DNA from: Okamejei kenojei
Lineage: Eukaryota
DNA length: 64,000 nucleotides
NCBI GenBank assembly: GCA_035221665.1
Contig: CM069157.1
Coordinates: 14,632,001 to 14,696,000 of the forward strand
Direction of reading: 5' to 3'
The translations under genes were made by a program, and so were the position numbers. Positions within the stretch are counted from its first letter, which is position 1; each line of letters begins with the position of its first letter. The notes beneath the pieces were generated by a model. That model was given only the letters and a program-made list of their open reading frames with translations, had not been told where the DNA came from and did not search any database. Of the stretch, positions 25,810 through 38,745 are shown piece after piece.

Positions 25810-26890
25810 CAATTTGGATAGCAAATTTGCTTCATGGAAGGAAGGAGAGGTGGAAGGTTGCTTCTCAGAATGGAGGCCTGCGACTAGTGGTGTGTCACAG
25901 GGTTCGGTGCTGGGCCTGTTACTATTTGTCATCTGCATCAATGATTTGGATGAGAACACACAGGGCAAGATTAGCAAGTTTGCTGATGATACAAAAGTGA
26001 GTGGTTTTGCAGATAGTGAAGATGGTTGTGAACAATTGCAGCAGATCTGGATCGATTGGCCAGGTGGGCGTAGGAATGGTTGATGGAATTTAATACAGAG
26101 AAGTGTGAAGTGTTGCATTTTGGGACGTCGAACAAGGGCAGGACCTACACAGTAAATGGTAGGCCTTTGGGTAGCGTTGTAGAGCAGAGGGATCTAGGAG
26201 TACTAGTGCATGGTTCCTTGAAGGTCGAGTGTCCAACTAGATATGGTGGTCAAAAAGGCTTTTGGCACTTTGGCCTTCATCAGTCAGAGAATTGAGTATA
26301 GAAGTTGGGAGGTAATGTTGCAGTTGTAATAAGACGTTGGTGAGACCACATTTAGAAAATTGTGTTCAGTTCTGGGCACCGTGTTATAGGAAAGATATTG
26401 TCAAGCTTGAAAGGGTTCGGAAAAGATTTGCGAGGATGTTGCCAGGACTAGATGGTGTCAGCTGTAGGGAAAGGTTGAGTAGGCTGGGTCTCTATTCCAT
26501 GGAGCGTAGGAGGATGAGGGGAGATCTTATAGAGGTATACAAAATCATGAGAGGAATAGATGCACGGAGTCTTTTACCCAGAGTATGGGAATCGAGGACC
26601 AGAGGACATAGGTTCAAGGTGAAGGGGAAAAGATTTAATAGAAATCAGAGGGGTAACTTTTTCACACAGAGGGTGGTGTGTGTATGGAGCAAGCTGCCAG
26701 AGAAGGTAGTTGAGGCTGGGACTATCCCATCGTTTAAGAAACAGTTGGACAGGTACATGGATAGAACACATTTGGAATGTTATGGTCCAAGTGCAGGCAA
26801 GTGCGACTAGGGTAGGTGGGACATTGTTGGCCGGTATGGGCAAGTTGGGCCGAAGGGCCTGTTTCCACACTGTATCCCTCTATGACTCGG
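25810..26890 (+). mobile_element. CR1/HER1 LINE, 5'-truncated, RT C-terminus plus 3' tail
   Basis: GVSQGSVLGLLLFVICINDL...KFADDTK, VRPHLENCVQFWAP, RTRGHRFKV; several frameshifts; tail gggccgaagggcctgtttcc...ctatgactc. Confidence 0.93.
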
Positions 26891-27092
26891 AGGGCTGAAG
26901 AGTATGTCTCTATGCTGTTTGACTCTGTGTTACCAAATGTAGCCAATAAAGAACATGGAACAGCACTACACTGTTCAATAACTATCAACAACCATTGGAT
27001 GCTGGGCAAAGGATACGTGGTTAGATAGCACATGGTTAACGGATATTGGGAAGTCCTCATTTAAGGAAGGTTGAACAATAGAGGCTGACACC

Positions 27093-27190
27093 AGTCTAAA
27101 GAGGGGTCTGAACCCGAAACATCACCTATCCACCTTCTCCAGGGATGCTGCCTGATCCTCTGGCTTACTCCAGCACTTTGTGTCTTTTTC
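27093..27190 (+). mobile_element. Penelope-like single arm with a degenerate hammerhead head
   Basis: gtctaaagaggggtctgaacccgaaacatcacc followed by the conserved arm. Confidence 0.65.
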
Positions 27191-28475
27191 TGACACGAGA
27201 TGAGGTTGGAATAGTCAGGGTTCCAGCTAACAAACGGATAGTTTAGGCTTTCAAAAGTAGTTGAGCTAAAACGGGGACAAAGCCTTGCATTTTAACCAAG
27301 GTGAAAATGAGTGGTCTTTGGTCTGGAATTCCATTCAGGGTCAGCGCGAGGCAGGGATCAGGAAGATAACTTCGGGCAGTTGCCAGAGAAGAGGATGGAG
27401 CTACCACTGATAAACAGCTCAGAAACAGCAATTTCTTGGTATAATTAGTGCATTTACTGCTCACGCAAAATCAACCAGGGGAGCGGGGGAAATAAGTGAA
27501 AGGAGCAACAAAATGTTCATGACATTTCCAATTCAGGAGATTTATTTTCATTCCTGGTGTCAGCATTAAAGCCTTTTAACATAAAGTAGAGAACTTTAAG
27601 GTGAGTCAAACTTTTATTTTGCAATTCAGTACAACACTGGCAATCCCCTCCTTTTATTCAAAATCATGCTTCAAGCCAACAATTTCGTCTTTGAATTCAG
27701 GGTACAGTTTCAGTGTTGACACTCCTATTTAATTCAAAGTACACCCAACCCCCTCCATTCACCAGTCAGCGCATGCTTTTATTTTCACTGCGTGTTTCTG
27801 TGCTTTGCATGTCGACAAAGTAAACAGTTTGCAGACACACGGAATCAGGTTAATTGTTGTACTTTATTTTAATGCAAATACCAGGGTAGCTAGTGAACTT
27901 GGGGAGTCTTCATTACAAGGGACTCGATGCACATAAATAATGTCTAGACTGCAGGAGTCAAGTAAAATTCTATTTACAGCCAGAAGCATGTTGGGTAGTA
28001 TTGTTGGTCCTCAAGGCCAGTATCTAAGTGTTCTTAACTGTGGTTAGAAGGCAAGCTTTGTTACCACTGGCTATTTATTACTGTACTTTTTGGAGGCATG
28101 TAACTGGTTAGTCACACAATAGAAAGAGGCATTTCTTTCGTGTTGGGTTAAAAAAAAAATATTCTTTTGGTGCTAATTCATCTGGTTATCCGGATTCCAC
28201 AGTTCAGCCCCTTTGATTCTTTAACGCTGATCAGATGATAATCATGGCTCCTTAACATTAACTCTTTGGTTACTGAATGCTTTGAAGAGTAGATCCGCTT
28301 TATGTGCGAATATAATAAAGTTAGAGTAACAAGACTATCCTTTCATTGATGCAGGTGGCATTTAGAGTAACTTGGGACTGTACTGATGCAGGTAATTGGT
28401 GTTAATGCAAAGTAATTAAACACCCGACACTTCAGGCAACCTATGTCAGATATTAGCAGAATACAGCATAATGTT

Positions 28476-28775
28476 GGGCGGCACAGTGGCGCAGCTGTAG
28501 AATTGCTGCCTTACAACACCAGAGGCTCAAGTTCGATCCTGACCACGGGTGCTGTCTGTACAGAGTTTGCACGTTCTCCCTGTGGTCATGTGGGTTTTCT
28601 CTGGATGCTCCAGTTTCCTCCCACATTCCAAAGACGTGCAGGTTTGTAGGTTTATTGGCTTCTGTACGTTGTCCCTGGTGTATATGATAGAACGAGTGTA
28701 CTGGTGATCGTTGGTCTGCGTGGATTCGGTGGGCCAAAGGGCCTGTTTCAACGGTATATCTCTCAACTATACTAA
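28476..28775 (+). mobile_element. HE1-type V-SINE
   Basis: A/B boxes, core and tail. Confidence 0.85.
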
Positions 28776-28872
28776 TCTATTGCCAGAGCACCCTTGACTG
28801 CACAAGTGTGGTTCTCTCTGCACTTTGCACTCCCACCTTTTCTATGCCAAATGTCTATCCCAAGTAGGTTTA

Positions 28873-29081
28873 GCAAAGTGCTGGACGAACTCAGCAAGTC
28901 AGGCAGCATCTAGGGAGACCAAATGGACAGGGAACATTTCAGGTCAAAACCTTTCTGAAAAAGAATCTTGACCTGAAACGTCGCCTGTCCATTCCTTCCT
29001 CAGATGCTGCCTGACCCGCTGAGTTCCTCCAGCACAATTTGATTAGCTCAAGATTCCAGCATCTGCAGTCTCTTCTGTGTC
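28873..29081. mobile_element. Fold-back Penelope-like element with 8-bp TSD
   Basis: Inverted arms around tctgaaaaagaatcttgacctgaaacgtc; taggttta at 28865-28872 and 29082-29089. Confidence 0.7.
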
Positions 29082-30231
29082 TAGGTTTAATAGTGTTGAC
29101 TTGTTCAAGCTAGGAATCCAATCTCGCCCAAACTCATTTCCCAGTGGATGTTATAGATAGCAGTCAAACAAAACCATTATTTCCCATATTTTGGTGTTCA
29201 ATTTAAATTCAGGCCTTAGAAATTAACATCTGATATCTTCATCCAGTTCTCTTAGTTTTAATTTTCTTTCAGTGCAGGAATTTTACTAATGGGCAAAAAG
29301 TAATTCATAAATGTACAAACATTCCCAAGGGCTTTAATGTACCACAGCACCTCATGTGTTCCTCAAACTCCATGTTTAAAGCTAAATGATGGGGGGGGGA
29401 GGGGGCACAGAGAATGATGGGGGACCCAGCGGTGGGGTGGGAGGGGAGATGTCCTGGTGCCACATGCAGTGGCAGGCAGTAGCTCGGAATATTCAGTGTC
29501 CTTTGTCGGTGCCAAAACCTGTCGACACTTGTGTACTGCCTAGCTGACATCTGCTACACGATTTGTCTGGGTTGTATGCAAAACAAAACAGTTCACTGTA
29601 CCTAGGCACATGTGACAATAAAGTATCACTGAATCATTGAATTTTATTAATTTGACAATTACCAGTACTTTCCAAGTGGAGCTTAGATAGATATTTGTAG
29701 ATGAGAGACTCGAGGATGACATTTGGAGTGGAAAGAAGGCAAGAACAAAATATGATTTATCTTCCCTTCCCTTTAGTTCCCCTTCAGTAACCCTTCTGTT
29801 TCAGGTCATCATTTTCAATCAAGAAACTTATGACCACGATCCAATGTACAACATGCCCGTTGTGCACGAGACATTCAAAGACAGCCACAATGCTCAGTGT
29901 CAAGTACTGCATCATGCTCTTGTGACATGTCTTTATGTCACACACAATTATCTGGAATAATTTTTATCTGAAATAATTCGATCTCCACAAACAGTAACGG
30001 TCAGATTGGAAGTTATTATCTGTGTCTGCATCAGTTTGTTTTTCTGGTGAACAGTGTTTTCAAAGGGTGAACTTTTAGATGCTGTTAAACTTTCTACACT
30101 TTCTATTAGATAAGCAAAGGAGCTTTATCGCCCAATAAAACTGGAAGGTATTGCAAACACTTTACCTGGCTGAAAATGACTTCAAATGATTCTCAGTGTA
30201 ATTGTCGCAATGTAAATTCCTCAGTTGCATA

Positions 30232-31856
30232 CAGTGGCTTGCAAAAGTATTCATACCCCTTGAACTTTTCCACATTTTGTCACGTGACAACCACAAACGT
30301 AAATGTATTTTATTGGGATTTTATGTGATAGACCAACACAAAGTGGCGCATAAATATGAAGTGGAAGGAAACTGATACATGGTTTTCAAATTTTTTTACA
30401 AATAAAAAACTGAAAAGTGTGGCGTGCAAAAGTATTCAGCCCCCTTTACTCTGATACCCCTAAATAAAATCCAGTACAACCAATTGCCTACAGAAGTCAC
30501 CTAATTAGTAAATAGAGTCCACTTGTGTGTAATCTAATCTCAGTATAAATACAGCTGTTCTGTGAAGACCTCAGAGGTTTGTTAGAGAACATTAGTGAAC
30601 AAACCATGTTCCTTGGGCATCATGAAGCCCAAGGAACACACCAGACAGGTCAGGGATAACGTTGTGGAGAAGTTGAAAGCAGGGTTAGGTTATAAAAAAC
30701 TAACCCAAGCTTTGAACATCTCACGGATCACTGTTCAATCCATCATCCGAGAATGGAAAGAGTATGGCACAACTGCAAACCTACCAAGACATGGCCGTCC
30801 ACCTAAACTGACAGGCCGGGCAAGGAGAGCATTGATCAGAGAAGCAGCCAAGAGGCCCATGGTAACTCTGGAGGAGCTGCAGAGATCCACATCTCAGGTG
30901 GTAGAATCTGTCCACAGGACAACTATTAGTCGTATACTCCACAAATCGCCCTTTATGGAAGAGTGGCAAGAAGAAAGCCATTGTTGAAACAAAGCCATAA
31001 GAATTCCCATTTGCAGTTTGCCACAAGGCACGTGGGGGACACAGCAAACATGTGGAGGAAGGTGCTCTGGTCTGATGAGACCAAAATTGAAGTTTTTGGC
31101 CTAATTGCAAAACGCGATGTGGTGGAAAACTAACACTGCACATCACCCTGAACACACCATCCCCACTGGGAAACATGGTGGTGGCAGCATCATGCTGTGG
31201 GGATGCTTTTCTTCAGCAGGGACAGGGAAGCTGGTCAGAGTTCATGGGAAGATGGATGGAGCAAAATACAGGGCAATCTTGGAAGAAAACCTGTTAAAGT
31301 CTGCAAAAGACTTGAGACTGGGGCGGAGGTTCACCTTCCAGCAGGACAACGACCCTAAACATACAGCCAGAGCCACAATGGAATGGTTTAGATCAAAGCA
31401 TATTCATGTGTTAGAATGGCCCAGTCAAAGTTCAGACCTAAAACCAATTGAGAATCTCTGGAAAAACCTGAAAATTGCTGTTCACAGACGCTCTCAAACC
31501 AATCTCACTGAGCTTGAGCTATTTTGCAAAGAAGAATGGGCAAACATTTCAGTCTCTAGATGTGCAAAGCTGGTAGACACATACTCCAAAAGACTTGCAG
31601 CTGTAATTGCAGCGAAAGGTGGTTCTACAAAGTATTAACTCAGGGGGGCTGAATACTTTTGCACGCCACACTTTTCAGTTTTTTATTTGTAATTTGTAAT
31701 TGAAACCATGTGTCATTTTCCTTCCACTTCACAATTATGCACCACTTTGTGTTGGTCTATCACATAAAATCCCAATAAAATACATTTACGTTTGAGGTTG
31801 TAACGTGACAAAATGTGGAAAAGTTCAAGGGGTATTAATACTTTTGCAAGCCACTG
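30232..31856 (+). mobile_element. Full-length Tc1-family DNA transposon (1625 bp, IR/DR type)
   Basis: TA target duplication (30230-30231, 31857-31858). ~213-bp TIRs begin CAGTGGCTTGCAAAAGTATT and each contains an inner repeat TGGCGTGCAAAAGTATTCAGCCCC. Confidence 0.97.
30622..31638 (+). pseudogene. Tc1 transposase, DD34E, inactivated by two frameshifts
   Basis: MKPKEHTRQVRD...GRPPKL (paired-like HTH linker), WSDETK, FQQDNDPKH...SSDLKPIENLW with 34 residues between D and E, ending KGGSTKY*. Frame changes near 30950 and 31115. Confidence 0.93.
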
Positions 31857-32324
31857 TATGTGAAAGTCATTGTCTATTTTGTAGCAGGCACAGTAAAACT
31901 GAAGATAGATCCGATCATAGATGATTTAAGCATTTTTAAGTGGCGCTTTCTCTACTTCATTTGTGGAATGTTTAACACTGGTGACGAGGCCAGCATTGAT
32001 GGCCCATCCCTTCTTGACCACTTGAAGACTTTGTGGTAAAGATTTAGAGTGCTGCTACATAAGGAGTTCCAGGGTCTAGTGCCAGTGAAGGTGCTACAAT
32101 AAATCTCTATGTCAGGATGGTGTATAGCTTGGAGGATGCTCTGATGGTGGTAGTCACATGCATCTACTGCTCTTGTCCTTCTTGTTGGTGTAGTTCATTT
32201 GCTTGGGCATGCAAATACAGCTGATTTTGTGGGTGGTATCTACCTCCAACCTCGATGCACAGGTAGTGGAGGAAGGGAAATGGTCAGATTGTTGGGTGAA
32301 AAACGAACCAAGTGGACCACTTTA

Positions 32325-32442
32325 GAAACAAGGAACTGCAGATTCTGGTTTACAAAGAAAAGATACAACGTGCTGGAGTAACTCAGCGATTCAGCCAGCA
32401 TCTCAGGAGAACATGGATAGGTGATGTTTCAGGTTGGGACCC
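32325..32442 (-). mobile_element. Penelope-like single arm
   Basis: aggaactgcagattctgg...gctggagtaactcagc...ggtgatgtttcaggttgggaccc. Confidence 0.65.
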
Positions 32443-32599
32443 TGCTGCAGTCTTTTTTAAAGTGGACTATTTTGGTCATGTTCGTGTCTTGATGGGAATT
32501 GTGTTCATACAAGCAAGAAGATAATATTACATATCACTCCTGGCGTGTCTTATTAATGGTTAAAGGGATTGGGGCAATCAGGAGTGAGACCATGGTAAC

Positions 32600-32763
32600 C
32601 AAAGATAGACACAAAAGGCTGGAGTAAATCAGAAGGGTCTGAAGGAGTCGACCCGAAACGTCACCCTTTCCTTCTATCCAGAGATGCTGCCTGTCCAGCT
32701 GAGTTACTTCAGTCTTTTGTGTCTATTTTCGGTTTAAACCAGCTTCTGCAGTTCCTTCCTACG
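32600..32763. mobile_element. Fold-back Penelope-like element with extended helix-I pairing
   Basis: aagggt-ctgaaggagtcgacccgaaacgtc-accctt, with short inverted arm aagatagacacaaaaggctggagta. Confidence 0.7.
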
Positions 32764-32839
32764 ACAATCATTCATGTTCACCAACTTTACTGTGAATTTG
32801 AACTCCATTTAATACATTGGTCAAATTCAAGGCAACGAG

Positions 32840-33180
32840 TTAGAGTCATAGAATCATACAGCATGTAAACAGACCCCTGGGCCCAGGTTACCCACAATGA
32901 CCAACATGCCCCATCTACACTAGTCCCACCTGCCTGCATTTGGCCCATATCCCTCTAAACCTGTCTTATCCATGTACCTGTCCAAATGTTTCTTACACAT
33001 TGCGACACTACCTGCCACAACTACCCCCTCCGGCAGCTCGCTTCATACACGCTGTGCGTGAAAAAGTTAACCCTCCTATTAAACATTTTCACCTCACCTT
33101 AAACCTATATCCTCTGGTTCTTAATTCCCCTATTCTGGGCAAGAGACTCTGTGCGTCTACCCGATCTATTCCTCTCGTGA
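32840..33180 (-). mobile_element. CR1/HER1 LINE 3' end
   Basis: agagtcatagaatcatacagc tail; ctagtcccacctgcctgcatttggcccatatccc. Confidence 0.85.
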
Positions 33181-33515
33181 GTTTCGAAAGCAGCAAAATT
33201 GAATGCTAACCGTCTGGCTGGGATAGGTGTTTACTGCTGTGCTGCAGAATTAGCTGGAGCATGGTGGAAAAATAGGTTGGACAAATAGGAAGAAGGCCAA
33301 AAAATATCTCTGTTTTGAAACTCCTTCCTCTGGCATCAGGGGGAAAAAATCTGTCTCTCTTTATTCATGTTATGTGACTTTTCAAATATCGACAATAATT
33401 CATTTTTGTAACAAGAGCCATAACTATATTAAAACAAAGAATGTGTTTGGGAGGGCAGAGGTAGAAAGGGTTTGTTTACAACTGACAAGGGCCACAATGC
33501 AGGATAAATAAGAAG

Positions 33516-33820
33516 AGGCGGCATTGTGGTGTAACGGTAGAGTTGCTGCCTCACAGCGCTAGAGACCACGGTTCATTCTTGACCACGGGTGCTGTCTGCG
33601 CGGGGATTGTACGTTCCACCCGTGATCACGTGCGTTTCCCCGGGTTTCCTCCCACACTCCAACGATGTGCAGGCTTTTAGGTTAATTAGCTTCGGTAAAG
33701 ATTGTAAATTGTCACTCGTGTGTGTAGGATCGTGCTAGTGTACAAAGATCGCCGGTCGGCACGGCCTCGTGGGGCTGAAGGGCCTGTTTCTGCGCCGTAT
33801 CTCCAAACCAAAGAAACTAA
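33516..33820 (+). mobile_element. HE1-type V-SINE
   Basis: Degenerate A/B boxes, core and tail. Confidence 0.8.
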
Positions 33821-35827
33821 AGGGTCTGGATTCACAGTGTGTGGCATTTCGTACTGCATGTTGGGGATGAGGAGAATGGCATAGATGCATCTTTGGAAAA
33901 CTGAATACATATTTGAATGCGATAAGCATAGAAGCATGTGGTGTTAGGGAGAGATGAAGGGAGTAGGAAGGAAATCATAAATAATGTTACAATCCCTCAA
34001 GCCCAGCGCTTGATTCTAAGGCTTTTAATTCCACACAATTTCATGGGCTGGGACTGAAGTTATTTTAACTTTTTCCAGCCAGTTATGCATTGCCACCTCC
34101 ACAAATAAATCTATACTGTTTACCAGCCAAGGCAGTCGGCTGTGGCATGTCTAATGGCTACAGGCCAGATCCTAGTTGACAAAGAAACCTCATTCTTGGA
34201 GTTCTTGTTAACTAGTTTGCTCTGCGCATACAGAGACAAACAACACAGGAAGAAAACCAGCAGCTGTAATTTTCTTTTACAGGTGCTTCCTTGCTTAACA
34301 TTATTTACCTTGCAGTTCTCAGTGTCTTTGGGCCCATAGTGCTGAATCGAAAGCAAAGGGATTTGCACCATAGGAGACTCATCAATCATACCCAGCAAAG
34401 AGCCTTCACAACCTCAAAATGACTAAAGATGTTGTTATTTTGGCCAGCTCAAAAGTAAGCTGTCAAACGGATATCCTGAGGCAAGTAAACTATGAGGGGG
34501 TGGTGTAATGAATTCTTATCCATTTTAATTTTTCACCTGTTGTTTCCCTTTTAACAAAGCTCTCCGTTGCTGCCTTTCACCTGCTTCATTGAACACTCAT
34601 TTTTTTGATAGAACCAGGGGAACTGCCCAGGGCTCCTGTGCAGTGGGTTGAACCAAGCAGGTAGCAGCCAAGGCAAATGAAGAACTAGCGATGAGATGAT
34701 GTCAAACCTGAATTCAAAGAGATTAGATGCTTGCAGGGAGAAGTTAAAACTGGGGAAAGGACAGCAATCCTTGCGTTTGGATTCATCCCCGTGGGTGGTT
34801 TTTTTATTCTTCACCTTAGAATTAGCTTGTTATCAGCACCTGCAATTGGGCATCTGAGACATGTTGCATTTGACTTTTGCTTGAACTAATAACTTTAGAC
34901 TGTAGCCAATATAATAGAATGATTGTACAGACCAGTTTTTGATATGTTAAATCTCCAGCAATCTTTCAAAGGGTAACAGTGTAATTTCCTGCTCTTTTAC
35001 CAGATAATCTTTCCTCTTCAAGTGGTTGCACACTATTCTTCTGAGTCTTAGCACTGATTCTCTTGTCCTCCGCCTATTACAAACCTTAGCCACTCAGTCT
35101 GAAAAAAGTGTTCTTGATTTTTGTACTGTATTCCTCCATTTACGAAGCACAGAAAGGAAAATTCTTTATTAACCACTTTTGTAAAAGATTTGTGAAAAAA
35201 TACCTACTTTAAAATTGTCCATATTCACCTATCTCTCCTTACGTCTCCTGTCAAGATATTTCACTTTTCTGCATTAAGCCTATAGATATTTGTTTGCAAT
35301 TATACCCGAGCCAAAATCTTGTTTTTACAAATGGGCTGGAGCTTAATGTTTGAGTTTAGTTTATTCTCATGTGCACGGAGGTACAATGAGAAGCTTTTTG
35401 CTGCACGCGAACCAGTCAGCGGAAGACAAGACATGAATACAATCGAGCCATCGAGTCATAATGTGGATGCCATTATAGGTCTGTGAATGTCCAGTAATTT
35501 GCGTAAACAAATACCTCATGCATTGCACGTTGTCATAAAGTTGGGTTGCAATTGGTGCCACTCCACCTTTAGTGTTACATTAATGGCAAATAACCATCGA
35601 TAGTCCCATGAGTTATCGGAAATTGCTGCCTATGTCCATTAATTGCCCATTGAGCTCTTCACAGCAAGTCAGGGCTGGTGTGCGACAACTTATACATCTT
35701 ATTTAATAAGAATTATATTCCTGCAGTTCTCTTTGGCCACTGGACATGATAGGGAATGATTAAAACCACGGAATCTCAACCCTGCAGGTAGCAATTTAAG
35801 GGGACTTCAGCAAGTAACAATTATTTA

Positions 35828-36150
35828 TGTCATAAGGGTTGGGAGCAGCATTAGGCCATTTAGCCCATCAAGTCTACTCTACCATTCAATCATGGCTGAT
35901 CTATCTCTCCCTCTTAACCCCATTTTCCTGCCTTCTCCCCATAATCTCTGACACCCGTACAAATCAAGAATATATCTATCTCTGCCTTAAAATTATCCAC
36001 TGACGTGACCTCCACAGCCTTCTGTGGCAAAGAATTCCACAGATTCACTAAAGCAATTCCTCCTCATCTCCGAGCTGAAAGAACGTCCTTTAATTTTGAG
36101 GCTATGCCCTCTGGTCCTAGACTCTCCCACTAGTGGAAATGTCCACTATC
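35828..36150 (-). mobile_element. CR1 LINE 3' end (second tail type)
   Basis: ggccatttagcccatcaagtctactctaccattcaatcatggctgatc is the reverse of the tail at 38670-38745. Confidence 0.85.
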
Positions 36151-37204
36151 TAGCATTCTTCAAAGCATTTAATCCAATTTTATTTTCACTTTTTGACATG
36201 CAATTTGATATTCAGTTCCTCCTACTTCCTTTCCCTCATTCTTTAGTTACTTTCTCCACCTCTGAATCTCATTTATGAAGGACATGTACAGTAAGCCACG
36301 TGGGAGAGGATGGTGTTCATTGTTGCTGATCCTCCGGTATATAACCGAGTGACCAGGGTACAGTTTAACCCTAGGTGGGGGGGGGGGGGGTGTTAAACAA
36401 GTGGGAATTCACAGGCCTGGCATCCCCTGGCCCCACACGCGGTGCGCCAGGGACGGATCCGGTACTTACGCCACCTTCATGCTGCCCGCACTCTCCGCTC
36501 CCGCAACCAGAAGTACACCACCTGATGCCAGCTCATTGGGTGACTGGCAGAAGTGAGAGGGTTGGAGGGGGGGGGGGGTGGGGTGCAACCGGAGCCTCAG
36601 TCTGCTGTAACCAAAATCTATTATCTAGCCGTTATGTTATTGTGAGAATAGACACAAAGTGCTGGAGTAACTCAGCGGGACAGGCAGGTCGAGACACATC
36701 ATCAGACATGTCATTATGAGCGTTCACTGTACTGTGAGCTTGTCATTTATTATGATCCTAAGATTGCCCTTTCTATCCCCTTCCAACAATTCACTGTGCA
36801 TAAATGTTTAATGTCAATAAGGGTAAATGGGGTACGCTACCTTGCCCCAGAATATGTTGTGTGGTGCACATATGTTCAACATGGGCAGATATGTAAGATT
36901 GATTTCAATTTTTACTTTTAAGCGTTTGTGAATGCGTACTCCTTGCTTTGTCCCTCCGTCCCCTTTAGACTCATGTTTTGCTTATTCTTCCACTCATAAT
37001 GTACCAAGTAAGCACTTTCATTGATTACTTCTGGAATTTGCCTCACATATCTCAATATTAATTTCCCCAAATTGCCATCCGTGTGATCAGTGAGTTTATT
37101 CGTTGAACATTCTCGATGAGAACAGAATAATGTCGGGGTCATTCCATGTTCTGTGCTAATCTTTGTTAGGAAGGGACAGTATTCTTGCTGTTGATACCCA
37201 TCAT

Positions 37205-37518
37205 CGGGCCATACAGCTTGGAAACAGACCCTCTGGTCCATTGAGTCCCCATCAACCACCAGCCTACACTAATTCTACATTAACCCATTTTATTCCACCC
37301 ACATTCCCACGAGGTCCCTTCAGATCAGCTACACACTTGTGGCAATTTACGTTGGCTTATTAACCCCACACTTGGGTTGTGGTAGGAAACCAAGGTATTT
37401 GGTAAGAATCCCTGTAGTCAAAGGCAGAACATGTAGATTCCACCAAGGCTGCACTGGAGGTCAGGACTAAACCCTGTGGCCAAAAGGTGTGAAGCATCAA
37501 CTACTGACTATGCCACCT
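37205..37518 (-). mobile_element. Old HE1-type SINE
   Basis: Degenerate reverse HE1 pattern (ggaaacagaccc...ggcaatttac...ggtcaggactaaaccc). Confidence 0.6.
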
Positions 37519-37723
37519 ATAATCATTTTGACACTGATGAGTGAAGATAGGTGCCTCAACAATTGAATATCCTGCAAATGCCCGATTAAGCGCGGACTGG
37601 TGTTAGTAGGCCATTTGGGAAAGGTATCAGATGTCGTGTACAAATGAATTTCCAACTAAGTTAATGCTGCCAGGTGTTGTGAAAGAAACTGGTGGAGCAG
37701 GAATATTTGTCTTAACATATTAA

Positions 37724-37774
<51 letters not shown>
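37724..37774. repeat. Poly-G tract (51 nt)
   Basis: Direct count of the homopolymer. Confidence 0.9.
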
Positions 37775-37775
<1 letters not shown>

Positions 37776-38299
37776 GGGAATGCATGCAGCAACCTTTTGC
37801 TCAGGGATAAGGAACATTGGAAAAATAAAAAGAACTAATCTGAGTTAAAATAATCAATCATCTATTTACAGATATGACGTGGATCACCAGAAGTGTGTTG
37901 CTAAGATTGAATAGAGATAACTCAAACCCCAGCAAAATGCAGAGAAGTTCCCAAAACGGTGCTCCTCTGTAACATTTATTATCTACAGCGCTGCACAGCT
38001 TTTGAAATCTAAAAATAATTACTTTTAACTCAGGAATTGCTTTCCTTAAAGAAAGAACACTCATGGGATCCTTAGACCTTTTGCAAAAACACTTTTCCAA
38101 AATTACATTTTACACTTACCTATCAGGTCATTTAGTAATGAGGACTATGTTGCTCATGTTAGAATTAGAAAAAATACTGGATAGTCAATAATCAAAGGAA
38201 TATAAATTCTCTTTTGCATTAAAGCAAGACCTTCTGCCCGTCATCACCCTAACCCACTCCAACTTGAAGAATTGGGGAAGAGACTGAACTCACTGATGT

Positions 38300-38745
38300 G
38301 CGTTGAGCGTTTGTCGGCACTGGGCCTGTACCTGCTGGAGTTCAGAAGAATGAGGGGGGACCTCATTGAAACTTACCTAATAGTGAAAAGCTTGGATAGA
38401 ATGGATGTGGAGAGGATGTTTCCACTAGTGGGAGCGTCTAGGACGAGAGGTCACAGCCTCTGAATTAAAGGACGTTCCTTTAGGGAGGAGATGAGGAGGA
38501 ATTTCTTTAGTAAGAAGGTGGTGAATCTGTGTAATTCTTTGCCACAGAAGGCGGTGGAAGCCAAGTCAATGGATATTTTTAAGGCAGAGATAAATAGATT
38601 CTTGTTTAGTACAAGTGTCAGGAGCTATGGGGAGAAGGCAGGAGAATGGGGTTAGGAGGGAGAGATAGAACAGCCATGATCAAATGGCGGCATAGACTTG
38701 ATGAGCCGAATGGCCTGATTCTGTTCCTATCACTTATGACCTTAT
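38300..38745 (+). mobile_element. CR1 LINE 3' fragment (second tail type)
   Basis: ERLSALGLYLLEFRRMRGDLIETY...RTRGHSL; tail ...gccgaatggcctgattctgttcctatcacttatgacc. Confidence 0.9.
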
